Counted from the stretch's first letter, positions 34,217 through 44,411 are shown. The stretch: DNA of 49,749 nucleotides from Pyrinomonadaceae bacterium (GCA_036006125.1 DASYPX010000286.1:1-49749), one strand, 5' to 3'. Translations and numbers: made by a program. The notes: generated by a model from the letters alone, not told the origin.

Positions 34217-36364
34217 ATGAAAGTGAACAAACATATCTCGATTGCCATTGCGCTAGTGGCGCTGCTCGCTTCAGCGACGTACGCGCAGCAGGGCCCGCCA
34301 AGAGCGCCGGTCCACGAAGTGACCGATACATACTTTGGCCAGAAGATTGTTGATCCTTATCGCTGGATGGAAGACAGCAAGAACGCCGACTTTGTCGCGT
34401 GGATGAAGGCGCAGGCGGACTACACGCGCAACCATCTTGATCGACTGCCAATGAGGGCCGACTTGCTTAAACGTTTGGAAGAATTGAGCGACACAGGCGT
34501 GCGAGTATCGGGTGTGCAACGCGCCGGCGGCTATTATTTCTATTATCGCGTCGCGCCGGGCGAGAACGATCGCCGGCTTTATGTCCGAGAAGGTTTTAAA
34601 GGCGCGGAGCGTTTGCTGCTCGACCCTGACAAGCTCTCTGAACCGGGAAAGCGTTATTCGATAGATTCCTACAACCCTTCTTTCGACGGGAAATATGTCA
34701 GTTACACAATTTCGGTTGGCGGTTCTGAAATGGGTGAGATGCGGGTGGTCGAAACAGCCAGCGGTAAAGATCTGGGTGAGCGCATCGACCGCGCACGATT
34801 TGGGGCGGGCGCGTGGCTTCCCGACAACCACTCATTTCTTTACAACCGTTTGCAGAAGTTGAGTGACGGCGCGCCGGCAACTGAGCTTTATCAGAAAAGC
34901 CGTGTCTATTTACACATGCTCGGCACAAGTCCCGACCGTGATATCGCGGTATTCGGATATGAAGTGAATCCCGCCATCAAGATGGAGACGACACCTCTGC
35001 CGTTTGCGTACGTTCCCATCGGATCGAAGTACGTCATTGCGCTGGTGAACTCCGGCGTGTCGCCAAATTCAGAGTACTACTTCACCACCGTCGACAAGCT
35101 CACGCAGACGCCAATTCCCTGGCGCAAGTTTGTTTCGCTTGATGATGAGGTTGCGAACTTGGACTTTCACGGCGACGACGTTTATCTGCTGACTTACAAG
35201 AACACGCCACGCTACAAGATTGTGCATATCAATCTTGCGCAACCTGACATCGCAAAGGCCGACACAATATTTCCCGCCAGCGCCGCTGTCGTCACCGCGG
35301 CTGGCGCCGCCAAAGACGCCGTGTACGTGCAGACGCTCGACGGGGGCGTGGGTAAACTCTGGCGCGTAGATTACAAAAACGGCGCGCCACAATTGATCAA
35401 ACTGCCTTACGACGGAACGGCCAACATCGGGTGGACCGACCAGCTGAACGAAGGTTTGTTGTTCGGACTTACTTCGTGGACCAAGTCAGCAGCATATTTC
35501 GCCTACAACCCCGCAACGCAAAAGGCCACCGACACAACGCTCATTCCGCCAATTCCGATCGACATGTCTTCGATTGATGCCGTTTCGGTGAAGGCAAAGA
35601 GCTACGACGGCACGCTGGTGCCGCTCGTCATTCTTTCCAGGAAAGGTTTGAAGCGGGATGGGACGAACCCAACATTAATGATCGGCTACGGCGCGTATGG
35701 CATCGTTAACACCGAACCGTTTTTCGCTTCCGGTTATTTGCCGTGGCTTGAGCGGGGCGGCATTCTCGCATTCGCCGGCGTTCGTGGGGGCGGCGAGTAC
35801 GGCGAAGAGTGGCATTTGGCCGGGAAAGAGAAGACGAAGCCGAACACCTGGAAAGACTTTATCGCGTGCGCCGAATATCTGATCAATGAGAAGTACACGA
35901 GCGCCGCGCATCTCGCCGGGGAAGGTGGCAGCGCGGGCGGCATACTGATCGGCAACTCCATCGCTGAGCGCCCGGACCTGTTTGGTGCGGCGGTTGATGC
36001 CGTGGGAGTCAACGATGCGGTGCGCGCCGAGACGACCTCAAATGGAGTTCCAAACATTCCCGAGTTTGGTTCCACCAAAACTGAAGAAGGATTCAAAGCA
36101 CTGCTGGAGATGGACGCCTATCTGAAGATTAAGGACGGCGTTAAATATCCGGCGGTGTTGCTGGTGACCGGCATCAACGATCCACGGGTCGAGCCGTGGA
36201 TGTCCGCAAAAATGGCGGCGCGTTTGCAGACCGCAACAACCAGTGGCAAACCGGTTCTGCTGCGGGTCGATTACGACGCGGGACATGGATTCGGCTCGAC
36301 GAAGCGTCAACGAAACGAGCAAAACGCGGACATCTACGCGTTTCTCTTCGACCAGCTGCGCTGA
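34217..36364 (+). CDS. secreted S9A prolyl oligopeptidase
   Basis: GGAGG RBS 5 nt before the ATG at 34217. Signal peptide MKVNKHISIAIALVALLASATYAQ. DPYRWMED N-terminal signature, GEGGSAGG nucleophile elbow, and C-terminal DAGHG. Confidence 0.9.
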   Translation: MKVNKHISIAIALVALLASATYAQQGPPRAPVHEVTDTYFGQKIVDPYRWMEDSKNADFVAWMKAQADYTRNHLDRLPMRADLLKRLEELSDTGVRVSGVQRAGGYYFYYRVAPGENDRRLYVREGFKGAERLLLDPDKLSEPGKRYSIDSYNPSFDGKYVSYTISVGGSEMGEMRVVETASGKDLGERIDRARFGAGAWLPDNHSFLYNRLQKLSDGAPATELYQKSRVYLHMLGTSPDRDIAVFGYEVNPAIKMETTPLPFAYVPIGSKYVIALVNSGVSPNSEYYFTTVDKLTQTPIPWRKFVSLDDEVANLDFHGDDVYLLTYKNTPRYKIVHINLAQPDIAKADTIFPASAAVVTAAGAAKDAVYVQTLDGGVGKLWRVDYKNGAPQLIKLPYDGTANIGWTDQLNEGLLFGLTSWTKSAAYFAYNPATQKATDTTLIPPIPIDMSSIDAVSVKAKSYDGTLVPLVILSRKGLKRDGTNPTLMIGYGAYGIVNTEPFFASGYLPWLERGGILAFAGVRGGGEYGEEWHLAGKEKTKPNTWKDFIACAEYLINEKYTSAAHLAGEGGSAGGILIGNSIAERPDLFGAAVDAVGVNDAVRAETTSNGVPNIPEFGSTKTEEGFKALLEMDAYLKIKDGVKYPAVLLVTGINDPRVEPWMSAKMAARLQTATTSGKPVLLRVDYDAGHGFGSTKRQRNEQNADIYAFLFDQLR

Positions 36365-36470
36365 AATACCCGGTTGTCGTACGCGTGGTCAGGGGATCGC
36401 GCCGACGATAATCAAGAATGCAATAACTTCGGCATCGAACGTTATCCGAAGTGGATTGCTCCTAAGCTTC

Positions 36471-38633
36471 ATGTCTATATTCCATCGAACCGCAATTAGA
36501 CTTCTCTCATTCGCAATCATCTCGGTTTTTGCGAGCACTCTAGTAATCGCGCAGCAACAACCGCGAAAAGACGACGTGCTGCGCACCAACACCGAACTGA
36601 TTCAAACTTACGTCACGGTCGTCGACAGATCCGGAAAGTTCGTCGACGGCCTGAATCGCGATCAGTTTCAGTTGATGATTGATGGACAATCGCGCGAGAT
36701 TAGTTTCTTCGATCGAGTCTCTGGCGGCGTGGCCGCGTCACAGACAAACGCGCGGCGCGAAGATAGTCCGTCAGCGTCTACGAGTTTGGCCACTGCCGCG
36801 ACGATTCGCGGACGCAGCATTGTCTTCTTCGTTGACGACCTGCACTTGTCTCTCGACAGTCTGAACCGCACGCGCAAGATGCTGCGCGCCTTTCTCGAAG
36901 ACGAAATGAACTCGCGCGACTCAGTCGCAATCGTTTCCGCCAGCGGCCAGATTGGATTTCTACAACAGTTCACCAATGACAAAGAAGTTCTGGCAGCAGC
37001 GATCGACAGATTGAATCATAAGACCGTGGGGACGCGCACGGTGGGCATGGGAAATGTCTCGATGTCTGATTACGTCGCGTCATTAATCGACAGCAAGGGC
37101 GACAGTCGTCAGAACGGCGTGATGAACGTTTATATCGAGGAATGCCAGAAACAATCTGCGGGCAGCAAGAAAGACCGGCGCGCCGCCGAGATGATCCGGT
37201 TGAACTGCGAGCAACTGGTTAAGAGTAACGCCCGGATGATCCTGACTGAGTCGGCGACGACCACTGCGAACACGTATGCAGCGCTGGAAGCCGTGATGCG
37301 CTCGAACGCGCGCGCGCCCGGTCGCAAACTCGCTTTCTTCATCTCTGATGGTTTTCTGTTGGATACGGGACACGGACCGGGACTGCGCGAACAACTCGAA
37401 GAAATCATCGACTCGGCACAGCGCGCCGGCGTCGTGATTTACACCATTGACGCCAAAGGCCTGACGTCAAACATGCTGGATGCCACGAACAACGTCGTGT
37501 CCGATGCTAACGGACGAATGGCGGGCGTCGCGACCGCCGAAATCGCGGCGACGCAGGATGCGCTCAACGCACTCGCGCGCGACACTGGCGGACGAGCATT
37601 GCGCAATCAAAATTATTTTGACAAGTGGGTCGATAAAGCGCTCGACGAAACGTCGAATTACTATGTGCTCGCGTGGCGTCCATCGAATGAAGTCGAGACC
37701 ACAAAGAGATTTCGTAATGTCCAGGTGAGCATTATCGGAAGCACGCAATTCAGCGTGCTCGTCGCGCGGGGCTATCTCGAAGGCGGAAACGCAAAGCCAC
37801 AAATTGTCGCCACGTCCGCTGAAAAACCTGATACTAACAAGACGGCTGCGGATGCCGATCTACAGACAGCGCTCGCCGACTACTATCCAAGTAACTCGCT
37901 ACCCGTTGCCCTGTCATTGACTTATCTGAACACGCCTAATAATGGCATGGTGGTAACTTCGTCAATGCAAATCATCGGCAGTGGTCTCGATCCAGTTGAG
38001 AGTCAATCTGCTTCGAATTTTCTCATCGCCGGCGTAATCCTTAACGACAAGGGGAAGATCGCGAACAGCTTCAAGACTGTGGTGAAAGGCTCCGCGGATG
38101 CAGCGCACCCAGCAATCATCTATAACCATCGTGCGACGCTGACGCCGGGGATTTATCAAGTGCGGGTGGCGGCACGCGACGATCAAACGGGTCGCGTCGG
38201 TAGCGCCCTGAAGTGGATCGTCATTCCTGACACCGCCGATCGGCGGCTGCACCTGAGCAGTCTAATGTTAATTGCGTCGGGCATGGAGAATCTGCGTGCG
38301 GCTGACGGCACGGGGCAGGTCCAACTCAGTGTCGACCACCGCTATCCGCGTGCGTCACGTCTCGATTGGTGCGTCTTTGTTTACAATGCCCAGCGGGACG
38401 GCAATTCGAAACCAGACCTGGGTGTTTCAGTGCAGGTGCTTCGTGATGGTCGGGTCGTTCAGGAATCGCGCAGCAAAGTCTCTGACGCGGGAACCGATCC
38501 GGCCCGCATCTTTTTTGGCCATCAGTTGGCGCTGCAATCTTTGTCCCCGGGACGTTATGATCTGCTGATTACCGTTTTAGACAATCTCAGCGCGACTACG
38601 GCCACCCGCCGCATCGAATTTCAGATCGAATGA
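36471..38633 (+). CDS. VWA-domain protein of the acidobacterial TIGR03436-like type
   Basis: Start at 36471 (signal-like MSIFHRTAIRLLSFAIISVFASTLVIAQ); the listed ORF start at 36243 overlaps the upstream gene. N-terminal TELIQTYVTVVDRSGKFVDGLNRDQFQL module, then a VWA fold (IVFFVDDLHLS...VAIVSASG...VIYTIDAKGL). Confidence 0.8.
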   Translation: MSIFHRTAIRLLSFAIISVFASTLVIAQQQPRKDDVLRTNTELIQTYVTVVDRSGKFVDGLNRDQFQLMIDGQSREISFFDRVSGGVAASQTNARREDSPSASTSLATAATIRGRSIVFFVDDLHLSLDSLNRTRKMLRAFLEDEMNSRDSVAIVSASGQIGFLQQFTNDKEVLAAAIDRLNHKTVGTRTVGMGNVSMSDYVASLIDSKGDSRQNGVMNVYIEECQKQSAGSKKDRRAAEMIRLNCEQLVKSNARMILTESATTTANTYAALEAVMRSNARAPGRKLAFFISDGFLLDTGHGPGLREQLEEIIDSAQRAGVVIYTIDAKGLTSNMLDATNNVVSDANGRMAGVATAEIAATQDALNALARDTGGRALRNQNYFDKWVDKALDETSNYYVLAWRPSNEVETTKRFRNVQVSIIGSTQFSVLVARGYLEGGNAKPQIVATSAEKPDTNKTAADADLQTALADYYPSNSLPVALSLTYLNTPNNGMVVTSSMQIIGSGLDPVESQSASNFLIAGVILNDKGKIANSFKTVVKGSADAAHPAIIYNHRATLTPGIYQVRVAARDDQTGRVGSALKWIVIPDTADRRLHLSSLMLIASGMENLRAADGTGQVQLSVDHRYPRASRLDWCVFVYNAQRDGNSKPDLGVSVQVLRDGRVVQESRSKVSDAGTDPARIFFGHQLALQSLSPGRYDLLITVLDNLSATTATRRIEFQIE

Positions 38634-38669
38634 CGCGCAGGTGACTGTTCCACGGTAACCCAACTCAAG

Positions 38670-39365
38670 ATGAAAACTGTCGGACTGATCGGGGGCGTAG
38701 GTCCTGAATCTACGATCGAATACTACCGATTCATCATTGAAGCCTACCGCGAGCGAAAGCAGGATGACACCTATCCTTCGATCATCATCAATAGCGTTGA
38801 CGTAAACAAATACGTGGCGCTGGCGACCGCAAATCAATTCGGCAAGTTTGCTGACGAACTTGTAATTGAGATCGAAAGACTCGCGCGTGCCGGTGCAGAC
38901 TTCGGCGCTCTTGCGGCGAACACACCTCATATTGTCTTCGACGAATTGCAACGTCGTTCGAAACTTCCGCTGGTAAGTATTGTCGAAGCAACCTGCGACA
39001 AAGCTCGCCGTCTCGGACTAAAACGCGTGGCGTTGCTGGGAACTCGATTTACGATGACGGGCGGTTTCTATCAGGACGTCTTCGCGCGCACGGGAATCGA
39101 CCTTGTAGTCCCAAACGCGGAAGAACAGGAGTACATCCACGAAAAATATATCGGCGAACTGCTCAAGAACATTTTTACCGACGACACGCGCGCGGGTTTG
39201 CTGGCAATCGTCAAGCGATTGCGCGAGCGTGACGCAATTGAAGCCGTGATACTCGGCGGCACAGAACTTCCGCTGATTCTCCGCGATGCGGAACCAGACG
39301 ACGTAGAGTTTCTCGATACCACCCGAATTCACGTTGAAAAGATTGTCGAACGGCTGGTTTCGTAG
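38670..39365 (+). CDS. Asp/Glu racemase-family protein lacking both canonical catalytic cysteines
   Basis: MKTVGLIGGVGPESTIEYY..., then AANTPH where CNTAH is expected and ILGGTELP where GCTE is expected. Confidence 0.8.
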   Translation: MKTVGLIGGVGPESTIEYYRFIIEAYRERKQDDTYPSIIINSVDVNKYVALATANQFGKFADELVIEIERLARAGADFGALAANTPHIVFDELQRRSKLPLVSIVEATCDKARRLGLKRVALLGTRFTMTGGFYQDVFARTGIDLVVPNAEEQEYIHEKYIGELLKNIFTDDTRAGLLAIVKRLRERDAIEAVILGGTELPLILRDAEPDDVEFLDTTRIHVEKIVERLVS

Positions 39366-39379
39366 GTAGAATCCGCCGC

Positions 39380-39853
39380 GTGAAATACCCGGTACCCTCA
39401 GCGCTGCGCTCCTTTCTAAAGCCGTATGACAAGTCCATTCGTGATCTCGCTTTGCAGCTTCGCGACGTACTGCTCCAGGAGATGGCCCCGTGCTACGAAA
39501 ATATCTATGACGCATACAGCGCGGTGGCGATCGGTTATGGCACGAGCGAGAAACTTGGTGACGGTATTTTTCACATCGCGGTTTATGCCACGGGAGCAAA
39601 TCTCGGTTTTAATGACGGCGCGACCCTGGACGATCCGAAAGGCATTCTTGAAGGATCCGGCAATCGCATTCGCCACATCAAGATTAGAAAGCCTGAGGAT
39701 CTAAAAAGGCCGGAGCTTCGCGCTTACATTCGTCGCGCGCGAAAGAAGGCGCTCGCCGAGGCGCGCAAATTGGGCGAAGCTCCCAAACCGAAACCAAACG
39801 GCGTCGTCTCGACCGTTAAAGCGATTTATCCAAAGAAGCGACGGCCTGGTTAG
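39380..39853 (+). CDS. DUF1801(YdhG)-like protein
   Basis: GTG start 14 nt after the racemase-like gene. The family call is from overall resemblance only. Basic C-terminal tail. Confidence 0.55.
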   Translation: MKYPVPSALRSFLKPYDKSIRDLALQLRDVLLQEMAPCYENIYDAYSAVAIGYGTSEKLGDGIFHIAVYATGANLGFNDGATLDDPKGILEGSGNRIRHIKIRKPEDLKRPELRAYIRRARKKALAEARKLGEAPKPKPNGVVSTVKAIYPKKRRPG

Positions 39854-39942
39854 TCGCATGTCGTCCGCTATCGCGGACGAGAAAGGCCGCCATCCAGACT
39901 TTTTAGGCAAGCCCATCAACACCAAGGCCCTCAGGAGGAGTC

Positions 39943-41997
39943 ATGTCCAAACGATTCGCAACTCTAATAATCGCAATTCTTTTGTTGTGCGCCAGGCTTG
40001 CCGCGCAGACCCAACACGTTCCTACGCTTGACGATCTACTCACGCTGAAATCGGTCGCCGGAACGCAGATTTCGCCCGACGGTAAATGGGTCGCGTACAC
40101 GGTCGGCTATGGCGATTTCAAGCAGGACGCGTTCGTCACGCAAATCTGGTTGGCGAACACGGACACGGGAAAGAGTTTTCAATTGACGCGCGGAGAGAAG
40201 TCATCCACCAGCCCGCGCTGGTCGCCAGACGGTCAGTGGCTGGCATTTCTCAGCAATCGAGTTGAAGACAAGAATCAGATTTTTCTGATTAATCCTGAAG
40301 GCGGCGAGGCGCAACAACTCACTAAATCCGAAACGGCCATCAATAGTTTCGCGTGGTCTGAAGATGGAAAAATGATCGCCTACACGGCGACTGAACCGAC
40401 GGCTCAGCCCATGAAGGATCGCAAGGACTATTTCGGAGATTACGACGTGGTGCGCGAAGGATACAGTTACGTTCATCTGTGGACTTTCGCCGTGGCAGAT
40501 GCCATGAACGGACCGGTCGTCGGCAAGCAACGGACGAAGAAGAAAGACTTCAGCATCGATTCGTTTTCATGGTCACCGGACGGATCGACAATCGCGTTCA
40601 GTGCCACAATCAATCCGGATTTGATTCAGGGTGCAACCGACGACATTTACGTGTTAAAGCTGAGCGATGACGCAGTCAAGAAAGTCGTCGATCAACCCGG
40701 ACCGGATAGCAATCCACGCTTCTCACCGGATGGAAAACAGATTGTTTTCGTCTCAGCGATGGGCGACAAACTCTATTTTGCGAGCAATTCGAAACTTGCC
40801 GTGATCAACACTGACGGAGGAACGCCGCGGTCGATTACTGACTCGTTTGACGAAAACCCTGGCTTGATTGAATGGAATCGCGGCGGAATCTACTTCGCCG
40901 GCTCGCAAAAAACCGCGGCGCATTTGTTCCGGGTCGATCCCGCAACTGCGAAAGTTTCACGCGTGTCCCAGCCAGACGATTTGATCGCCGGCTCGTTCTC
41001 GTTCGCGCGCTCGACTGATCGGATCGCTTTCGCGATTGCCTCTCCCACCAGCATTAATGAAGTCTTCGTCAGCGATCTTCGCCGGTTCATGCCGCGCAAG
41101 CTGTCCGACCTGAACGATCAAACTAAGGCGTTCACGCTCGGCACGCGTGAAGTCATCTCATGGAAGAGTCAAGATGGTGCGACTATTGAAGGAATCCTGA
41201 TCAAGCCCGCCAATTTTGATCCGACCAGGAAGTATCCGTTGCTTTGCATTATTCACGGCGGGCCAACCGGCATCGATCGGCCGGTGTTGCTGACTCCGGA
41301 TGCGCGTTATTACCCATCCGATATCTGGGCCGCACGCGGCGCATTGATCTTGAAAGTGAACTATCGCGGCAGCGCGGGCTACGGCGAGAAGTTTCGGAAA
41401 CTGAACATGCGCAATCTGGGAGTCGGCGACGCCTGGGACGTCCTGTCCGGCATTGACTACCTGATTGCGAAGGGCTGGGTCGATAAGAACAAAGTTGCCT
41501 GCATGGGTTGGAGCCAGGGAGGCTACATCTCGGCGTTTTTGACGACTTCAACCGACCGTTTCGTGGCCATTTCGGTCGGTGCGGGCATTTCGAATTGGGC
41601 GACGTACTACTACAACACTGACATCACACCGTTCACGATTAATTACCTCGGCAACGATCCCGCGATGGACCCGGAGATCTATCAGAAGACTTCGCCCATG
41701 TCCTACATCAAGGGGGCCAAGACGCCAACACTGATTCAGCACGGTGAATTGGATCGTCGCGTGCCGATTGCCAATGCTTACGAATTGCGTCAAGGTTTGG
41801 AAGATCGCGGCGTCAAAGTTGAGATGGTTGTTTATAAAGGGTTCGGTCACGGCATCACCAAACCGAAATCCCAGCGCGCCGTGATGCAGCATAATCTCGC
41901 CTGGTTCAATCATTACATCTGGGGAGATCCGCTGCCGGATTTTACGGCGCCGGAAGTTCCGAAGAAGGATGAAAAGAAGGCGGATGAGAAACGGTGA
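39943..41997 (+). CDS. secreted S9-family serine peptidase (propeller plus alpha/beta hydrolase)
   Basis: AGGAGG RBS, signal peptide, SPDG propeller blades, nucleophile motif GWSQGG, and C-terminal GFGHGI. Confidence 0.9.
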   Translation: MSKRFATLIIAILLLCARLAAQTQHVPTLDDLLTLKSVAGTQISPDGKWVAYTVGYGDFKQDAFVTQIWLANTDTGKSFQLTRGEKSSTSPRWSPDGQWLAFLSNRVEDKNQIFLINPEGGEAQQLTKSETAINSFAWSEDGKMIAYTATEPTAQPMKDRKDYFGDYDVVREGYSYVHLWTFAVADAMNGPVVGKQRTKKKDFSIDSFSWSPDGSTIAFSATINPDLIQGATDDIYVLKLSDDAVKKVVDQPGPDSNPRFSPDGKQIVFVSAMGDKLYFASNSKLAVINTDGGTPRSITDSFDENPGLIEWNRGGIYFAGSQKTAAHLFRVDPATAKVSRVSQPDDLIAGSFSFARSTDRIAFAIASPTSINEVFVSDLRRFMPRKLSDLNDQTKAFTLGTREVISWKSQDGATIEGILIKPANFDPTRKYPLLCIIHGGPTGIDRPVLLTPDARYYPSDIWAARGALILKVNYRGSAGYGEKFRKLNMRNLGVGDAWDVLSGIDYLIAKGWVDKNKVACMGWSQGGYISAFLTTSTDRFVAISVGAGISNWATYYYNTDITPFTINYLGNDPAMDPEIYQKTSPMSYIKGAKTPTLIQHGELDRRVPIANAYELRQGLEDRGVKVEMVVYKGFGHGITKPKSQRAVMQHNLAWFNHYIWGDPLPDFTAPEVPKKDEKKADEKR

Positions 41998-42048
41998 TCT
42001 CCTCGTCGTCCTCCCTTTTTGGGACCAAGGGTGGTGACCTGGTTTGAC

Positions 42049-42097
42049 GTGGCACGCGCATCTTGCGCGTGGCCCACGGGCGAGACGCCCGTGCCAC
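42049..42097. repeat. twin-hairpin palindromic element
   Basis: CACGCGCA-TCT-TGCGCGTG (42053-42071) and CACGGGCG-AGA-CGCCCGTG (42075-42093), with the outer GTGG and CCAC flanks also complementary. Confidence 0.85.
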
Positions 42098-42233
42098 TCT
42101 CTCAAAATAGGTCAGCACTGGACCAGCCGATTTCTAGTTCGCGAGTGGCCGGCGTGCTATTCTTCGCAAGTCGGAAACGCGGTCGGTCTCCCCGGAGCTG
42201 AAAAGCTCGACTCTTCCTCTCGTCTGAGGCATT

Positions 42234-44285
42234 GTGAAAACTACTGCGGCCCTAACAGCGTTTCTCCTGCTGCTCTGCGCTTCGCCGTCTCGCGCGCAAA
42301 ATCCGAAAACTGAATCGCGGCCTCAAACTGAAGATGATCGAATAGTAGTCAACACCAGCCTGGTGCAGGTGGACGCGGTCGTCACTGATAAGAATGGGAA
42401 GCCGGTTAATAATCTGCAGCCGGCGGATTTTGAACTAGTGGAAAGCGGACGCGCCCGAGACATCGTGGCGTTTTCTTATGTTCCGTTGGGGGGTAAGGCC
42501 TCGGCCGCCAATAAGAACGCAAAGGTTCCCTCTAATGAAGCGCCGCCACCCCAACTGCATGGGCTGAACCCTGACAGTTATCGCCGCGCGATCGCGATTC
42601 TGGTCGATGATTTTGGACTGTCGGCAGAAAGCATCGCAAGACTGCGAAATGCGCTCGAAAAGTTTATCGCGGAACAAACGGATTCGACCGATGTGATCGC
42701 CGTGGTGCGATCGAGTGGCGGACCTGGCGCGATGGCGCAGTTCACGTCGAATCGGGCGCAGCTTCTGGCCACGGTTAGACGCATACGATGGTATGGGACA
42801 GGACGCGGCGGCTTGTTCGCCCTTAATTCTATGACGCCTTTCGATAACAACGAGAATGGAGTCACCTTACAAGGCTACAGTTCGGGCACGCCCCCGGACT
42901 TGTCAAGCAGAGAGTTTTTCGGCGGCTCGCTCGGCGCGCTGGCCTTCGTGATCCAACGCCTCGCTAATTTTCCCGGTCGTAAGTCGCTGGTGGTGGTATC
43001 TGAAAACTTGCCGCTAACGACGCTCGCAGCTCAGACTTCGGGAGCCACGAATTTCCTGGATAAGTTGATCGAACTCGCCAATCAACACTCAATCGTGATT
43101 TCGACCATGGATGCTCGCGGTTTATCCAAACCGGGTTTGACGACTGATGACAGCCAATACCAGCTCGCTGCCAATCAAGTTGAAAAGAAAGTGCGCGAGC
43201 GCAACATCGCGTTCCGGGTCGCGCAGGACACATTGAGCTATCTCGCCGAACAGACCGGCGGCATTTTCGTTCGTAACAATAACGATTTGAACAACGGACT
43301 CCGGCGCATCGTCGACAGCGAGCGGGGGTACTACCTGATGGCATTTCGCCCTGACGATGCTGACAAGGAGCGTACTGATCGAGTGTACAAGGTTAGCGTC
43401 CGCTTAAAGCGTTCAGACCTGGTACTGAGGAGCCGGTCGGATTTCCGGAGGTTCGCCGCCCAGCCTGAAGCGATCTCGACTCCAACAAAGAACGATGTGC
43501 TGCGCGATACCCTGGCCTCTCCTTTCGTGAGAGAGGATGTGCGGCTCAAAGTAACGGCGCTCTTCACCGGAAGATTGCAGAGTAAGGTGCTGGTGCATGT
43601 CGATGCGCGCGACCTCACACTAACGGAATCCAGCCAAGGCAGCTATCAGGGATCTTTCGACCTGGCCGTGGTCGCGTTCGACGACAACGGAAAGGTGAGC
43701 CAGGACTTTACGCGCATTCAACCTTTGAGCGTGCCGGCGGCATATTACGAACAGGTTTTGCGTGACGGACTCGTGTACACAATCGATATGCCTTTGCCAA
43801 AGGCTGGCCCATATCAAGTGCGAGTGGCTGTGCGTGACGCGGAATCGGGACGCTTGGGGTCTGACTCTCAATTCGTTGACGTGCCGGAAGCTCGCACGTC
43901 GCGCCTGTCGGTGGCGGGTTTAATAATGCAGGCCATGACGGAGTCAATCGGCGGCGGGCCGGCGGTGAGACGTTTTGCGAGTGGCGATACGCTGGAGTAC
44001 TCCTATCTGGTTTACGGCGCGCGCGAGGACCGGAACAAGTCGGCCGGCCTCACCAATGAGATCCGCCTCTTTCGTGGCACCGACGAAGTGTTAATTGGCA
44101 GCGCACCTGCTGCCGTTGTTACAAAAGCCGAAGGCAACGAAGCAATCGTCGTCGGAGGCACCTTTAAGTTGGCCAACTCACTCCCACCCGGAGACTACTT
44201 TTTGCAGGTGATTGTCACGGATCAGTTAGCGCCACGCGACCGGCAGACATCCAGCCAGTGGATCGATTTCGAGATCGTTAGATAA
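42234..44285 (+). CDS. VWA-domain protein of the acidobacterial TIGR03436-like type (paralogue of 36471-38633)
   Basis: GTG start, signal peptide, the IVVNTSLVQVDAVVTDKNGKPVNNLQPADFEL module, and a VWA fold (AILVDDFGLS...VIAVVRSSG...VISTMDARGL). Confidence 0.8.
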   Translation: MKTTAALTAFLLLLCASPSRAQNPKTESRPQTEDDRIVVNTSLVQVDAVVTDKNGKPVNNLQPADFELVESGRARDIVAFSYVPLGGKASAANKNAKVPSNEAPPPQLHGLNPDSYRRAIAILVDDFGLSAESIARLRNALEKFIAEQTDSTDVIAVVRSSGGPGAMAQFTSNRAQLLATVRRIRWYGTGRGGLFALNSMTPFDNNENGVTLQGYSSGTPPDLSSREFFGGSLGALAFVIQRLANFPGRKSLVVVSENLPLTTLAAQTSGATNFLDKLIELANQHSIVISTMDARGLSKPGLTTDDSQYQLAANQVEKKVRERNIAFRVAQDTLSYLAEQTGGIFVRNNNDLNNGLRRIVDSERGYYLMAFRPDDADKERTDRVYKVSVRLKRSDLVLRSRSDFRRFAAQPEAISTPTKNDVLRDTLASPFVREDVRLKVTALFTGRLQSKVLVHVDARDLTLTESSQGSYQGSFDLAVVAFDDNGKVSQDFTRIQPLSVPAAYYEQVLRDGLVYTIDMPLPKAGPYQVRVAVRDAESGRLGSDSQFVDVPEARTSRLSVAGLIMQAMTESIGGGPAVRRFASGDTLEYSYLVYGAREDRNKSAGLTNEIRLFRGTDEVLIGSAPAAVVTKAEGNEAIVVGGTFKLANSLPPGDYFLQVIVTDQLAPRDRQTSSQWIDFEIVR

Positions 44286-44311
44286 CTCCCTTTCGAGAAA
44301 TGCCCAAATCT

Positions 44312-44411
44312 CGTTTTGCGATCGTTTGCGGCCTTGCGTCTTTGCGTGAACCGCCCGCCTCCCTAACGATAGTCTCACGCCAAGTCGCAAAGACCGCAAA
44401 GAAACGCAAAG
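44312..44411. repeat. inverted arrays of TTTGCG (x4) and CGCAAAG (x3) with 8-10 bp periodicity
   Basis: TTGCG copies end at 44320, 44330, 44338 and 44346. CGCAAAG copies lie at 44386-44392, 44395-44401 and 44405-44411. The spacer contains CGCCTCCCTAACGATAG, which resembles the REP core. Confidence 0.8.
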
